Source: Zootoca vivipara
Lineage: Eukaryota
DNA: 64,000 nucleotides
Reading direction: 5' to 3'
Assembly: GCF_963506605.1 (NCBI RefSeq)
Contig: NC_083282.1
Coordinates: 76,632,001 to 76,696,000 of the forward strand
Below, piece after piece: positions 46,346 through 57,949 of this stretch; the stretch's first letter is position 1, and every line of letters begins with the position of its first letter. The translations under genes were made by a program, and so were the position numbers. Below the pieces are notes generated by a model. The model saw only the letters and a list, made by a program, of their open reading frames with translations. It did not search any database and was not told the origin of the DNA.

Positions 46346-48455
46346 CTGCAAGGCAAAGTTCAGTCATTAGAAGAGCACAGAGATGGATGTATCATATCAA
46401 AAGAATTCTCAGGATCCCCGAAGCAGCACAAAAAGCCATATATGCACAGGAGGAGTGAGAACATGCCATAATTAAAATGCCCTCTTGGCATTTATGAACA
46501 CTGTGATATTACTGAGTTCATTAAAAATAAAAACAAAAACCATCTCACGAGTGTGTCCACATAGCACAAAGGAGGACTTGACCCTCAGGGTCCCTTCCAA
46601 GTCTACAACAAATTACAGTCACAGGTAGAGGGTGGGTCATGAAACTACACATCTCAGGTGTCAAAGACCACAGTAAAGGCGTGTGTATGTATCTGAAGTG
46701 CAACTCCCATAATCTCTGACCTCATGAAACCTGGGATTGTTGAGAGGTGGATGTTTAAAACATTTGGCAAGGACTACAATGCTATCCCTACACTTATTTG
46801 AGAGTGAGTACCACTGAATTCCATGCGGCTCATTTCTGAACAGGCACGATTAGGATTACACTGTCAATCATTCAGTCAAAGCACATGCCATCACACTGCG
46901 AGTCAGCCAAGAGCACACAATGCAAATATGAATATTCAAAAGCTTTTAAAAATGTGATTATCACTGATGAACTTTAAAAGCCCTCCTCGCTTCTGCTCAG
47001 TCAACAAAATTACTTGAAATTCTGGCAGTGATGCTTCTGCCAATTATAAGCCATCAAAAGAAATGTTAAAAGTTAAAAGTCTTGAAATGTCTTGGGAGAG
47101 GGGGCGACACTGACAGGTAGTACTAGACACAACTGGTGGGGCTGATTCTCAAACCTCTTAGGATCCTATTGAGCAAACACTCAGTCTCAATTTTAAAGCA
47201 CGTTTTAATTTCATTCATTATTTTGCTGAAATATGATGCTATGCAACATCCTATTAAGGTATTAATTTTATTTATATTTGCACCCAACTCTTGCTTGAAG
47301 AAACTCAAGGTCTCAACGCTATACCCAGTTTTATCTTCACAGTAACCCAGTGGGGAAAGTTCGGCTAAGTAAAGCATACTTCCTTTCAAAGAGAAGCTAC
47401 ATAGGCAAAATATCAAATGGGACTCAGATGTCTTAATACTCTCATCTCTTGCCATCTTGGTTAGTCCCCACATTACAGCTTCAGCCAAATATAGCATTGT
47501 CAGTAAATAGAATCCCACAATCCCCTTTTCTCAATAACATTCTCATTAAGAATCCCACAGTTTAGCTACAAGTCAGTCGCATCCAATTTGGGGTAACAAG
47601 TTGAGAGAAAGACTGAGCTGGCATCCTACGTGGCACAAGGGATACAAGCAATTCAGTAAAATATAAAATAAAAACACTGCCCAGTGTGATATATGTCAAC
47701 CACAAGCCAAGGCACTGTGTAATTATGTTGGGTTTGTGGCTTGACATTGCAGCTGCCAAGTCAATTTCCCTACAACACTGCATCCTGGGGCTCAGTGATT
47801 TTTCTCTAGTGCACAGCTAAAGAGGTCAATAAAAACAGATGTACTGTTTTGGAGACAAAGTTTGTATATATGAAACCAGTGTGAGAGACCACAGAGGAGG
47901 AGATGCAGGAATGAAGTTCTGCACATAGGCTTCTCCTTGCGGCATCCTGAGTGATCTACCAGATTCCTCACCCACTGACTCACACTTGTATAGCACAAAG
48001 CAGGAAACTGACACGGTCCGGGGAAATGCCCAGTCTCCAGTCCCTGTAATAGGCAAGGGTTGAATGGCAACCCTTGAAGACTGTCTGTTGAAGACAAGAA
48101 AAGAACCCCTGTTCCAAATTAAACACCCACAGTGATTCAGGTATCAATTATTGTCTCTGCCACCTTGCCTTACCAGAAAGGCATATCCACCTCCCATTCT
48201 ACTGATGTAAAGTACGAAAAACTGCATTATAATGAACCAGATCATAGGTCTATCTAGCCCAGTACTTTAGAGGGCAGTGGCTTTTCAAGGAAAGTCTTTT
48301 ATAGACCTACTATTTTATAGACCTACTAAGAAGGGGGGCCAGGAGGCCTTTTGCATCACCAAGCTACCCCTCCCCACCCCAACCCCATCAGAGGACAGCT
48401 ACAGATCACTGCCTAGGCCCTAGATCATTTCCCTCACTGGCAAGGAATGTCTTAC

Positions 48456-48618
48456 CTTCGTCTTGCTGGCTGTCATTAAGGGGATCATTTTCCTCGATTG
48501 AGAGATCTCCTTTACAAGATTCAGAATGACTTCCATTCAGGTATGAGTTGGAAGCTGACTGCCGAGCTCTGTCCTCTTCTGCGTCTTCATGTGTTCGGTA
48601 CACCCATTGATAAAAACC
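48456..48618 (-). CDS. PREX1: PREX1 coding exon, post-PDZ acidic linker
   Basis: GFYQWVYRTHEDAEEDRARQSASNSYLNGSHSESCKGDLSIEENDPLNDSQQDE (human GLYQWIYHTHEDAQE...); ctttggAAG / GTAAGA; 163 nt, phase 0-1. Confidence 0.9.
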
Positions 48619-48939
48619 CTTCCAAAGAAAGCAGGGATGTTAGAGAGACATTTTCCCAAGTTTCACTGCACATTGGCTTTTGGATGGATTTACAGGTATC
48701 AGCAACCTGGTCTGCTCCAGATGTTCTGGACGAGCATGGCCGATAATGGGATGAGTATGGCCAATGATGGATGGCCAATGGGGGTGATGAGGAACATCAG
48801 GGAGAGGAGGAGAATGATAAACAGGACCAGAAAATGTGAGAAAACCTCATTAAAAATACAGTATCTGAAATCCATAGAGTTAGAGAGAACATCTGAGCAG
48901 AGCAACCACAACCCCACCAACATAGAGCCAGAATTACTC

Positions 48940-49190
48940 AAGATCAAACACCCTGTGGAAAAGAACAGTCTTCACAGCTCTGTGAAAGGCTTGCAATGTG
49001 GGGACCACATGAACCTCCAAGAAGAGGGAGTTCCACAACCTGGGTGGTACTGCTGATAAGGCCTGGTCCCACATGACTACTGACCATGCCTCATACTGAG
49101 GCAGGATATGAAGCAAAGCCTCAGATGATGATCTTAATAACTGAGCAGATTCATATGGGTCTGGGCCAAAACTGTGTAGGGATTCTAACA
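48940..49190 (-). mobile_element. Degenerate L2 ORF2 C-terminal fragment
   Basis: LLRSSSEALL...QALSAVPPRLWNSLFLEVHVVPTLQAFHRAVKTVLF matches the L2 motif RAFSVAAPRLWNSLP..FRR.LKT.LF. Confidence 0.7.
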
Positions 49191-51036
49191 TGACCTCTCT
49201 GTTAGCTTAACAGGGAGAGGCAGTAGTCACAGTTTATTAGCTCCAACGGTTGCAGCAAAAGAGGAGGCCTGGACTAGTAGAAAGGGTTAAATCCCCACTC
49301 CCAACATGCCACAGACCAGATCCACCTCACCTTGAAATGCCCCTCCCTCCACCCATGGCTGCTATTCAAATAACAAGTCTGGTTCATTAAGTGCATAGAG
49401 GTGCTTAATGCATTGTCTAGGTTGACCCTGACAGTACCATGGTATCCCTTTTTAATATAGCGGATGGAGAGAGAGCCTTGTGATGGAGGAGAATAGTTGT
49501 TTTGCTGACTCCTCCCTCTTCTGTGAGCTCCTTTTACTGTTATAAAGTAAAAGCTCCCACTCTATTTATGTAAAAATATTTGGGGTGGGGTGGGGGGAAG
49601 TGGTTGTTAAAATACATTTTGGCAACCTGAAAATCATCTCTCTGTTCTTCAGTCCTTCTTCCAGCCACTTCTTGCATTGTGAAATCACAACATGCAATAC
49701 TCACCGTTGTGCTTCAAATGTAACAGATTAAGCATGTACTACGTTGTATTTAAAACAGCTGCACGTGTCCATTTCATTTCATTGTGGACGCAAGGTGGAA
49801 CAGATGTGTGTAGCTGCTTCCAGCATGACGTTGCACACTGATTTTGCTTAAAACAGCACTGAGAAGGTACTACTGAAGGCTGGGATACATTTTCTTTCTT
49901 TCTAATATAGTGTTTTAACCTGGTCATCTTTACAGTAATTCTGTGGGATTATGACTTTAAGGATGGGGAACTGAAGCAGAGAACTAGAGTGGTCCTGCAA
50001 AGCTGTGCCTGAGTAGGGATTGGGACCTGTCTTCCAGATCAGAGTCCACCAGAGTCCTTTATGCGGCAGTGCAACAAGTAAAAAGGCATTGCATTATCCC
50101 CCATCACCCCAGGGAATTTTCCCTCTATTCACCAGTTCCAGTCTTCTGTCCATGGACTGCTTTTTCTTCATCTTGTGTGAAAACTGCCTCCCTCCAATGC
50201 TGCTGTTTGCCCCAGAGGGAAACCTGATATGGGCAATAGCAGCTGGGGGGGGGATATATTTTCATTTTGACTGTAGCATGGAAAAATAGGGGTTAAACCC
50301 CCACCACACACAAGACAAATGCCCCACCCCATGCCACAGTCCCAATCTTGAACACTTCCTCCTATGGCTTCTCTTCAAATAACGAAAGTCAGCTGCATTA
50401 AGTGCATACAGGTATTTCAGATATTATCTATTTTTGTCCTCAGTGAATAGAGATAGGCTTGAGAGGATTGTGCAAAAATACCCATATATGACATTTTTTG
50501 TTGGGGTTCCCCAATGTTTGGGAAACACTGGCCTATTGGATAAATTTAGTCTACCCATACTTAGAGCCACAGCCCAGTTTTGGTTTAAGAGGGTTGGGAG
50601 TGAAGTCAATTACTAAGAATTATAAAATGCACTGAATTTCATGAGAAGGATGTTAACATTCAAAACCAGCTCTGGATCTAGAGGAAAGAGCTCTGCTTTT
50701 AAAACTAGGATACAACAAAAATCAAGAGATTTTATAAGGGGGAGTGTTCAGGTCTTAGAACCAAATCTAATTTAGTATTTGGACTTGTCCCTGCTAACTT
50801 GACAGAAGCTGCTTTTTGCCATCTGAACAGGCATATTTTGCCATCTGAACAGGCAAAGTTCTGCTTTGGTGTGAATTCTAAGCATCCTCCCTGGTTGATG
50901 AGGGGATGTAAGTTCAAAGCTGATTTATTCAGCAGAACAGTTGCACAACAGCCTGATACAGTGTTTTCTTACCCTCTAAAAACATTATAAGAAAACGACT
51001 GCCTCCCTAACCAGTTTCTCACACCCATGCACTCAC

Positions 51037-51173
51037 CAGATATTCCTGCTGCCTGTTCCTGTATGCCGCAAAGTGCTCCAGAACCTCAGTGTAATTTTCA
51101 TTCATCATGTTATTCCCGCTCACTTTCAAGACACACTGTCCTGGGTGAAGCCCCACAGCACTTGCATCTGATC
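51037..51173 (-). CDS. PREX1: PREX1 coding exon, PDZ2
   Basis: (G)SDASAVGLHPGQCVLKVSGNNMMNENYTEVLEHFAAYRNRQQEYL; ctcttAAG / GTGAGT; 137 nt, phase 1-0. Confidence 0.93.
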
Positions 51174-51329
51174 CTTAAGAGAGGTGGACAGGAGAGGGGT
51201 TTAGAAAGCACAGCTACAGAGTAAGCAATAAAATAAACAAGATATTTCTGGTCAAGTGAGTGGTGGATATGACAGATTTTCTGAAGCAACCCTAGATGGG
51301 CCATTCGCTCTTCTTATGTTCTTCTAGTG

Positions 51330-51598
51330 CAGGCATGTCCAACCAGTAGATCGCGATCTACCGGTAGATCCCTGGTTGATCCTGGTAGATCATGGGATCA
51401 CCCCCCCCCAAAAAAAGCTAAACAACTCTGTGCAGGGCAATTCTCTGCACACAAAAACTCAACAACTCTGCTCAATTCTCCCTTTCCACCCACCCACCCC
51501 ATGCACGCTCCTCCTCCCTCCAATGACAATGGGTAGATCACTGCCAGTTTCTTTATACTGGGAGTAGATCACAATCTCTTGGGAGTTGGACGTGCCTG
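51330..51598. mobile_element. Non-autonomous hAT (Charlie-like)
   Basis: CAGGCATGTCCAAC ... GTTGGACGTGCCTG; perfect 8-bp TSD TTCTAGTG; GTAGATC subterminal repeats. Confidence 0.88.
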
Positions 51599-51748
51599 TT
51601 CTAGTGTAAGCTGTATTATACCGAGTCAGACCTCTCCAGGGTTTCAGGCAAGGAACATTTCCACCCCTAACAAAATATGTCAGGGATTAGACCTGGGACC
51701 CTCTTTTCTACCCCTGAACTACAGACCTTTCCCTCAAAAAGGAAGGAG

Positions 51749-52037
51749 CAGTGGCGGAGCTTCATGCTCCGGCACTGGGGGTGGGGCTGGCGCCCGTTCT
51801 GGGGGCGGGGCATGCCTCCCGGAGGGGCAGGGCACACGTTCCAGAGCCGTGGTGCGCCTCCCGGAGGGGCAGGGCGCACGTTCCGGGGGGTGGGGCGCGC
51901 CTCCTGGAGGGGCGTGACATGCGTTCCGGGGGCAAGGCGCACATTTTGGGGGCAGGGCGGGCGCCCGCGATGGTGCCCCTTGGAGCCCGCCGCTCGGGGC
52001 GGCCCGCCCCTAACCCCCCTATCTTCCTACGTCCCTG
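51749..52037. mobile_element. GC-rich non-autonomous hAT
   Basis: CAGTGGCGGAG ... CTACGTCCCTG; perfect 8-bp TSD GGAAGGAG; internal ~41-bp tandem gcctcccggaggggcagggcgcacgttcc. Confidence 0.82.
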
Positions 52038-52380
52038 GGAAGGAGCAAGGTTAGTTCTTTTACTAATGATCCTACAATATGTTTAGAAGGCCAATCCTAT
52101 ACCCATTTATCTGAAACTCAATGGGACTTTATTCTGAATGACCACGCATCGGATTGCACACTGAACTACTTTTTGTTTTAGATTGTCTACATTCAATAAG
52201 TTTATACCTTGCTTTTCCTACCAACAGTACTTTACACATCTTAAGACCCGGGGGGGGGGGGGCGGCAAGCTAGAATCAGATCTAGACCTTCCAATGTCAG
52301 TGGCTTTTTCTGGAATAAGGAGCCTGAAATGGAGCAACGAAAAGGCCCTGCTCTGTTATCCAGACATAGCAGACCAGGCT

Positions 52381-52595
52381 TAGGGTTGCCAGACTCAATA
52401 GAGGACGGGACTTCTGTGCCTTTAATTGCCCTGCTCTCTTTTGAGTCTGGAAACCTTAAAGAGAAACCAGCACACCCTTTGCTTGGAAATTAAACAAAGG
52501 GTCTGCTGGTTTCTCTTTAAGGTTTCCAGACTCAAAAGAGAGCAGGGCAATTAAAGGCACAGAAGTCTTGTCCTCTATTGAGTCTGGCAACCCTA
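52381..52595. mobile_element. Foldback hAT MITE (near-perfect 100-bp palindrome)
   Basis: TAGGGTTGCCAGACTC ... GAGTCTGGCAACCCTA; perfect 8-bp TSD ACCAGGCT. Confidence 0.93.
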
Positions 52596-53368
52596 ACCAG
52601 GCTTCCAGTATTTATACCAGGCATACTAATAAAGAGGCTGCATCTTGCCTGCTAATAGTAGGGACCGATGCTGCAGAGATTGCAGCATAGTAGGGAATGA
52701 CCTCTAGGTGCCTCTGTGCCTGACAATACCAGCTCCAGATCTGAAGAAGCCCTCAGCTAGGTTGACATCAGTGACCCTCCACCCAGCCATGAGCTTACCA
52801 AGCAAATGGGGCTTGCATTCTGTGCCTTTTAAATACGGTACCAATACAAGCCCTGGTGGGATTTTGTTCCACCTAGGAGCTCCCAAGTAGAGCTGACCCC
52901 TGCCCAAAATGTGAGGGTCCAGTTTTTGGCAAGAATCTTTGCAGGTGCAGCTTGAATTCAAGCCACAGCTGCACAGCTGACTCTTTCTCTGCAGCTCTGG
53001 ATTAAACTAAAGCCAAGGCCACAAATAAAGAATAAAGTATCGGAAGCAAACCTACAGTTAACTCCCAGTGACTGACAGGTGGACAGCCCCACCCACCTGT
53101 CACATGGCCCACGGAAGATCCAGCCCACCAATCGGGTCCAGTTCCCCACATCTGATGTGAACTGTAGAATTTAGCAAAATCCACCACATAGCATCTTGTT
53201 TTAATGTACCTTGTTAACATTTTTTTAAAAGGCTATTAGTGTTATAATTAAGACACAGGGCACGATTCATCCTATATGTTACTCCTGTTATCCAGGATAC
53301 AGCTCATCTACCTGTATACAGCTCCCCTATTCTGTGTTCAGAGCTCATTTCACATCCCCCTTTCTCAC

Positions 53369-53454
53369 CTCTCCCCACAGCATGAACATATGGTGGTGCA
53401 GCTCCCCGAATCTGGAAGCACAGCTTTTCGCTGCAATCTGGGATTTTGATAATC
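53369..53454 (-). CDS. PREX1: PREX1 coding exon, PDZ2 start
   Basis: [28 protein letters not shown]; gacag / GTGAGA; 86 nt, phase 2-1. Confidence 0.95.
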
Positions 53455-54023
53455 CTGTCAAAAATAAAAGGGATGTGGATGACAACAGTCCTGCTTAGTT
53501 ACATCACTGGTATTCTGTACACATGCAGTTATTCTTCATCACTTATTAAGTAATGTCTTGGGCTTGGATTCTAAGGGGAATTCTGTGACTATAGGCAAAC
53601 AAACACAGCTCAGCAGTCAGACAGGGGGGAAAAACCTCATAAGATCACATGAGAATGAAACGGCATCCAGCAGCTCTAAAAGCTCTTTCTCCCAGAAGCA
53701 GGGATGTCACGCTGGGGAGTTTTTCATGACTAGTAAATTCATGCTATCCTTAATTCAGTATCATTTGTATGCTAAAGCTATTAACTCTGACGCATGAGGC
53801 ATACAATGAACATTAACTATAAAAAGAAAGGCATGATTTATGATTTTATAATAAGTGGTTTAATGTGTACGTTTGCTCTCAAGACTGCACTAGAGTGTAG
53901 AATTGTAAAATGTTTACATTGCCTTCATTATAATAGGCATTAATATATATATATAGTATTAACTGCTCAGAATCCGCTTCCAAGAGCAACCAAGGCCACG
54001 CCTGGATTTTTCTGGCCACTTAC

Positions 54024-54172
54024 TCTTTTGCCTTGATTGCCACAAGAAGCCGAAGAGGTCTCCGAGAGCAGAAAGACTGGTTCAATATCGTCTCCACCTC
54101 TTGAAATGGACGCAGGAACACCAGATCCTCATTCATGGAATAAATCTTCCGCCCAACCTGCAACCCAGCCAT
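54024..54172 (-). CDS. PREX1: PREX1 coding exon, PDZ1
   Basis: [49 protein letters not shown](E); tttcag / GTAAGT; 149 nt, phase 0-2. Confidence 0.96.
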
Positions 54173-55486
54173 CTGAAATGACACACATAAGTTATAAACC
54201 ACTCCACGTTTATCATTCCATCCTTTATCATTTGAGTAGCATGTGGCAGGCGGTATGTGAGATAATGGATTTACAGCTGCTTTCTGGGCAGCCCAGGAGT
54301 TCCTTAGAAGGTTATCAAGTTTTCCTATAGGAGAATGTCAGGTGATTCATTCTGGGTGTGTTCTAGATCACACAAGGTCAACTGCAGAAGGGCACAAGGT
54401 CAACTGTGTGTGTTTTAGGCCACACAAAGTTGGCTTTTTATTTACCTCTGGTCCCCCAGATCTTGCTAAGCTACAGTTCCTATCAACCCTAACCCATAAA
54501 ACTATGATTTTATTAAGCCAAGCGCTGCCTATAAATGTACACCAGAACCCTTTTTTTTTAATGAATCAGGATTACTGAATGTTCTTTCAAAGGGTGAGAT
54601 AAAACCTAAACAAATGAGAGTAATGATCTACAGTGGTTTCTGTATTTCCTCTGCTTTTGCTACTCTTTATAAGCGAGCACAGTTATCTGGATAATGAGAT
54701 GCTGGCTTTGTGCAAGAGCTATCTATCGATTGGACAAGGGCCAAAATGCTTTTGGATACAGCTCAGCGAATTATCAGACATCTGCTTGTCGATTGTTCCT
54801 TCAAAGCATGGCAGTAAACATGCCTCCCAATGGAAGAATGCTTTTGTTGTCGCTCTATCCTGAGATGTTGTGGTTGTATCAATCACAAATTAGTTCCAGA
54901 ATTAAAACATGCAGAGATGAAGTATTGCAATAAATACCTTCAACACAGAATTATTCTACCATATGGAGCGAGAATGGGGAACCTTGTTCAGTCCATGTGG
55001 CAAAGGATGTGGAGCCAGGGGCAGAAGTGGGTGGAGTAACAGGTGTAACTCTTGCCAAAGTTAAAGGCTTCTACCCACATGCACTTATATATTGATCTGG
55101 TCAATCAAGAGACAAGAGCACTTGAGGATGGAGGATTAGGAAGGGTGGCCAAGACAGACGTGAGGGCCAGACAGAAATGTCTAGACTAGAGGCTGCATTT
55201 GGCTCCCAGGTCAGAGGTTCCCCACCCTGGTTGTAGATAAATTTCAAATAGAATTAAAGCAATTTACAGCAGAGGTCACCAACATGGTGCCCATGGGCAC
55301 AAATTTGCCCAAAGTGGCCATATCTGATGCCCACGGGGTCCCCTCCCCCATTTCCCACACTGAAATTAGACATTAAGCAAGCATTCTGTTGTGGCCAATA
55401 GAATACGTTGTGCTGCATGGATGTGGTGCCTACAACAATTTCTCTTGTTTGTGCATGTGATCATGGTCCCAAAAATGGTTGGCAAC

Positions 55487-55716
55487 CAGGGCCGGCCCTA
55501 CGGCCAGGCTGGGTGGCGCAGGGCACCACGGCGCCAGCCCGCCAGGGGGGTGCCGCGAGCTGCGCCCGCCCGCTGGCCGGCCGGTCCGCCGTGCAGCTGC
55601 GCCCACGGCCCCCCCGCTGTGCCTGCCTGCCTGCCCACCGCGCTGGGAAACGGGGCGGGGGGGGCACCGGAGGAATCCAGCGCACCACGGCGCCAGGGGC
55701 GCTTAAGACGGCCCTG
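55487..55716. mobile_element. GC-rich non-autonomous hAT nested in an older hAT (~55269-55729)
   Basis: CAGGGCCGGC ... GACGGCCCTG; perfect 8-bp TSD TTGGCAAC. Confidence 0.87.
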
Positions 55717-56179
55717 TTGGCAACCCTTGATCCATGGACAAATGCAAAATAAGCATTTTGCAATTCAAAAAATGCGCAGAATTAGATTGTCTCTTTTTGT
55801 TCCCATTGAACAACCGGGACTATTCCTAGGCTTGAAATTTTGTGGGGGGAACGTCTCTTGAAATGAGATAAACAGAATAAGATTAACAAATTGACAGCCA
55901 GGACTTCAATGTCCTATATACTGTAGCTACACAACTAGCAGACTGCTTCAGGCAAAATTTACAAAACAGGCAAAATTTCCTGATTTGCATCAGATGTCTG
56001 AATTTAGGTTTTCTTGATTGAGAGCTTTGATTTTTTTAAAAAAACTTGTTTTGGTATAGAATAACATCACAGCCAAGCTTGTGGAAGTGACTGATTAGTT
56101 TGGGTTAAAGGGATATATTGGCAGCAAGGGGCCAATTCTTACATATCCCCTATTTTCCAAAGAAAGAATCAGGACGCAA

Positions 56180-56256
56180 CATTCCTGCATTGCAGGGGGG
56201 GTGGATTAGATGAGCCTTGGGATCCCTTCCAACTTTACGATTTCATGATTCTATGA
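56180..56256 (+). mobile_element. CR1 3' end
   Basis: attcctgcattgcagggggg...gatcccttccaactttacgatttcatgattctatga. Confidence 0.75.
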
Positions 56257-56509
56257 CATGAGCTGCAGGGTCCAGTTGTGAGTGAGAGATGCAGGAAATA
56301 ATGGAACATTGAGCCCTATGCCTCTATGCCCATCACTTTTTGTGTGGTGCATATGAACACAGGTGTGCTAACATTTTTATGCATCAGATATATACCAGCA
56401 TGGCCTATGGAAGGAGCAGAATACTTAAATGGCTCAGCTGTGAGTTGCAGTCACTCACAGTCTTGAATTTCTATCTGGGCCTCAGACACCCAGGGATAAC
56501 AATACTCAC

Positions 56510-56674
56510 CTCCGTTACTGGTTTGCTGTAAAAAGTACTAAGTGCTACATAAATGCTGTTATTATATTCTCTGGCACCTGAAGAACTGCAAAACATGGTC
56601 CAGAACAGTTCCAATTCAGATCTGTGTAAGAGAACCTCATATACCCATCGTGTCTGCCTGTCCAGCACAATAAG
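56510..56674 (-). CDS. Candidate unannotated alternative exon of PREX1 (cassette 56674-56510, or first exon with ATG at 56596)
   Basis: Stop-free 165 nt between ctttttcttaatgcgcTAG and GAG|GTGAGT; phase 0-0 like the flanking exons; internal ggACCATG. Confidence 0.4.
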
Positions 56675-56719
56675 CTAGCGCATTAAGAAAAAGGATTGCT
56701 TTGGTTAAGATCTTTGTGG

Positions 56720-56843
56720 GTTTCCAGATAACCATGAGGCCTGCCAAATTCCCAGTTTTTAGATTAATCACTTGCATCTGCAGAACCTGCCTGTTGTTGC
56801 CTTTGGTTATGCAGATGGGAGCAGGCTAATGTTGCTAAGCAAC
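56720..56843. promoter_or_regulatory. RFX X-box-like motif cluster
   Basis: GTTGCTAAGCAAC (56831-56843), GTTTCCAGATAAC (56720-56732) and GTTGCCTTTGGTTAT (56796-56810). Confidence 0.4.
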
Positions 56844-57823
56844 GGCAGCACAGGGAGACAATACTGCATCTCTGGGTCTTCTCTCCCAAAACCTTTGGAA
56901 GGCAGAATGGAGGGAGATGGGATGCTTAACGCACCCCCATAAAGGAGCTGCACACACAAGTGGATACCCAGACTTCATATGCTGCTGCAGTAGCAAGAAG
57001 AGGTTCCCCAGCCTACTGAGAAATCCTGACAGGTGAACCTGTCACCATGATGTCACTCAGCAATGGACCAGCACATATGGAATCATCAGTCTGCAATAGA
57101 TGCCTAGGAGGAAGGGCTGCAGGCGGGGAATTAGCTGGGGGGAATGCCTTGTGCAGGGTTAATTAAGGGGCACAAAGTGGCCCGCTACCAGGACAGGGCT
57201 GATAAATGGGTCAGTGGTACATGCCAGGAGGTGGTGGCAAAATCTACCTCCAGGGAGGTAAGACCTGCTCAATTCATTATGTGTCATTATGTGGACCTGC
57301 CACTGGTGCCGCAGATAATCCAATCCAACCAGCACCTCATTGCTACTCCTTTCTCAAATTGTGCACACCAGGAATAAGGAAGAGCACTCCCTTGGACAAA
57401 CTGATAATAGTGCACAGTGTGCTAGGCTACGTCACCTCAGGACAATTGTATTAAGGGGTCGTCAACACACAGTGGCTTTCACCAGTCAGTGGCCAAATGT
57501 GGTGGTCTTATCCAGCTCAGCTGCACTGAGGGATCATCCTCAGGGCCTGCCCAACATTATTTAGCTCTACCTGAGGTGGAGCAGCAAATGCTGCCCACCA
57601 CCGCCGCAAACTCAGACAATATTCCTAGTACTACTGATTAAGCACAGAACTGGCTTTAAAGGAGAATTTTGTTTCAGATCGGTAGGTAGACCAAACATAA
57701 TCTACACTACTGCTCACTTGCCTCTTCTTTCCAAAGGACTCAACTCAACATATGAGTTCCTCAAACCCAAAAGAACTGAGGCAGGACCCTAACTGAATAT
57801 TTGCTAGAAGGCACGGTATATCC

Positions 57824-57949
57824 CAGGCATAGGCAAACTTGTCCCTCCAGATGTTTTGGGACTACAACTCCCATCATCCCTAGCTAACAGGGCCAGTGGT
57901 CAGGGATGATGGGAGTTGTAGTCCCAAAACATCTGGAGTTTGTCCTATG
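57824..57949. mobile_element. Palindromic hAT MITE (26139 family) inside an older hAT-like element (~57541-58096)
   Basis: ggactacaactcccatcatccct...agggatgatgggagttgtagtcc; right end degraded. Confidence 0.8.

Noticed and set aside
49698-49740. Consensus-like donor ACG|GTGAGT on the gene strand
   Set aside because: I found no convincing acceptor or open, phase-compatible exon upstream of it.
51749-52037. CpG island / internal promoter and overlapping GC-rich ORFs (also 55487-55716)
   Set aside because: Bounded by TIRs and perfect 8-bp TSDs, so these are transposon insertions; the ORFs reflect stop-poor GC-rich sequence.
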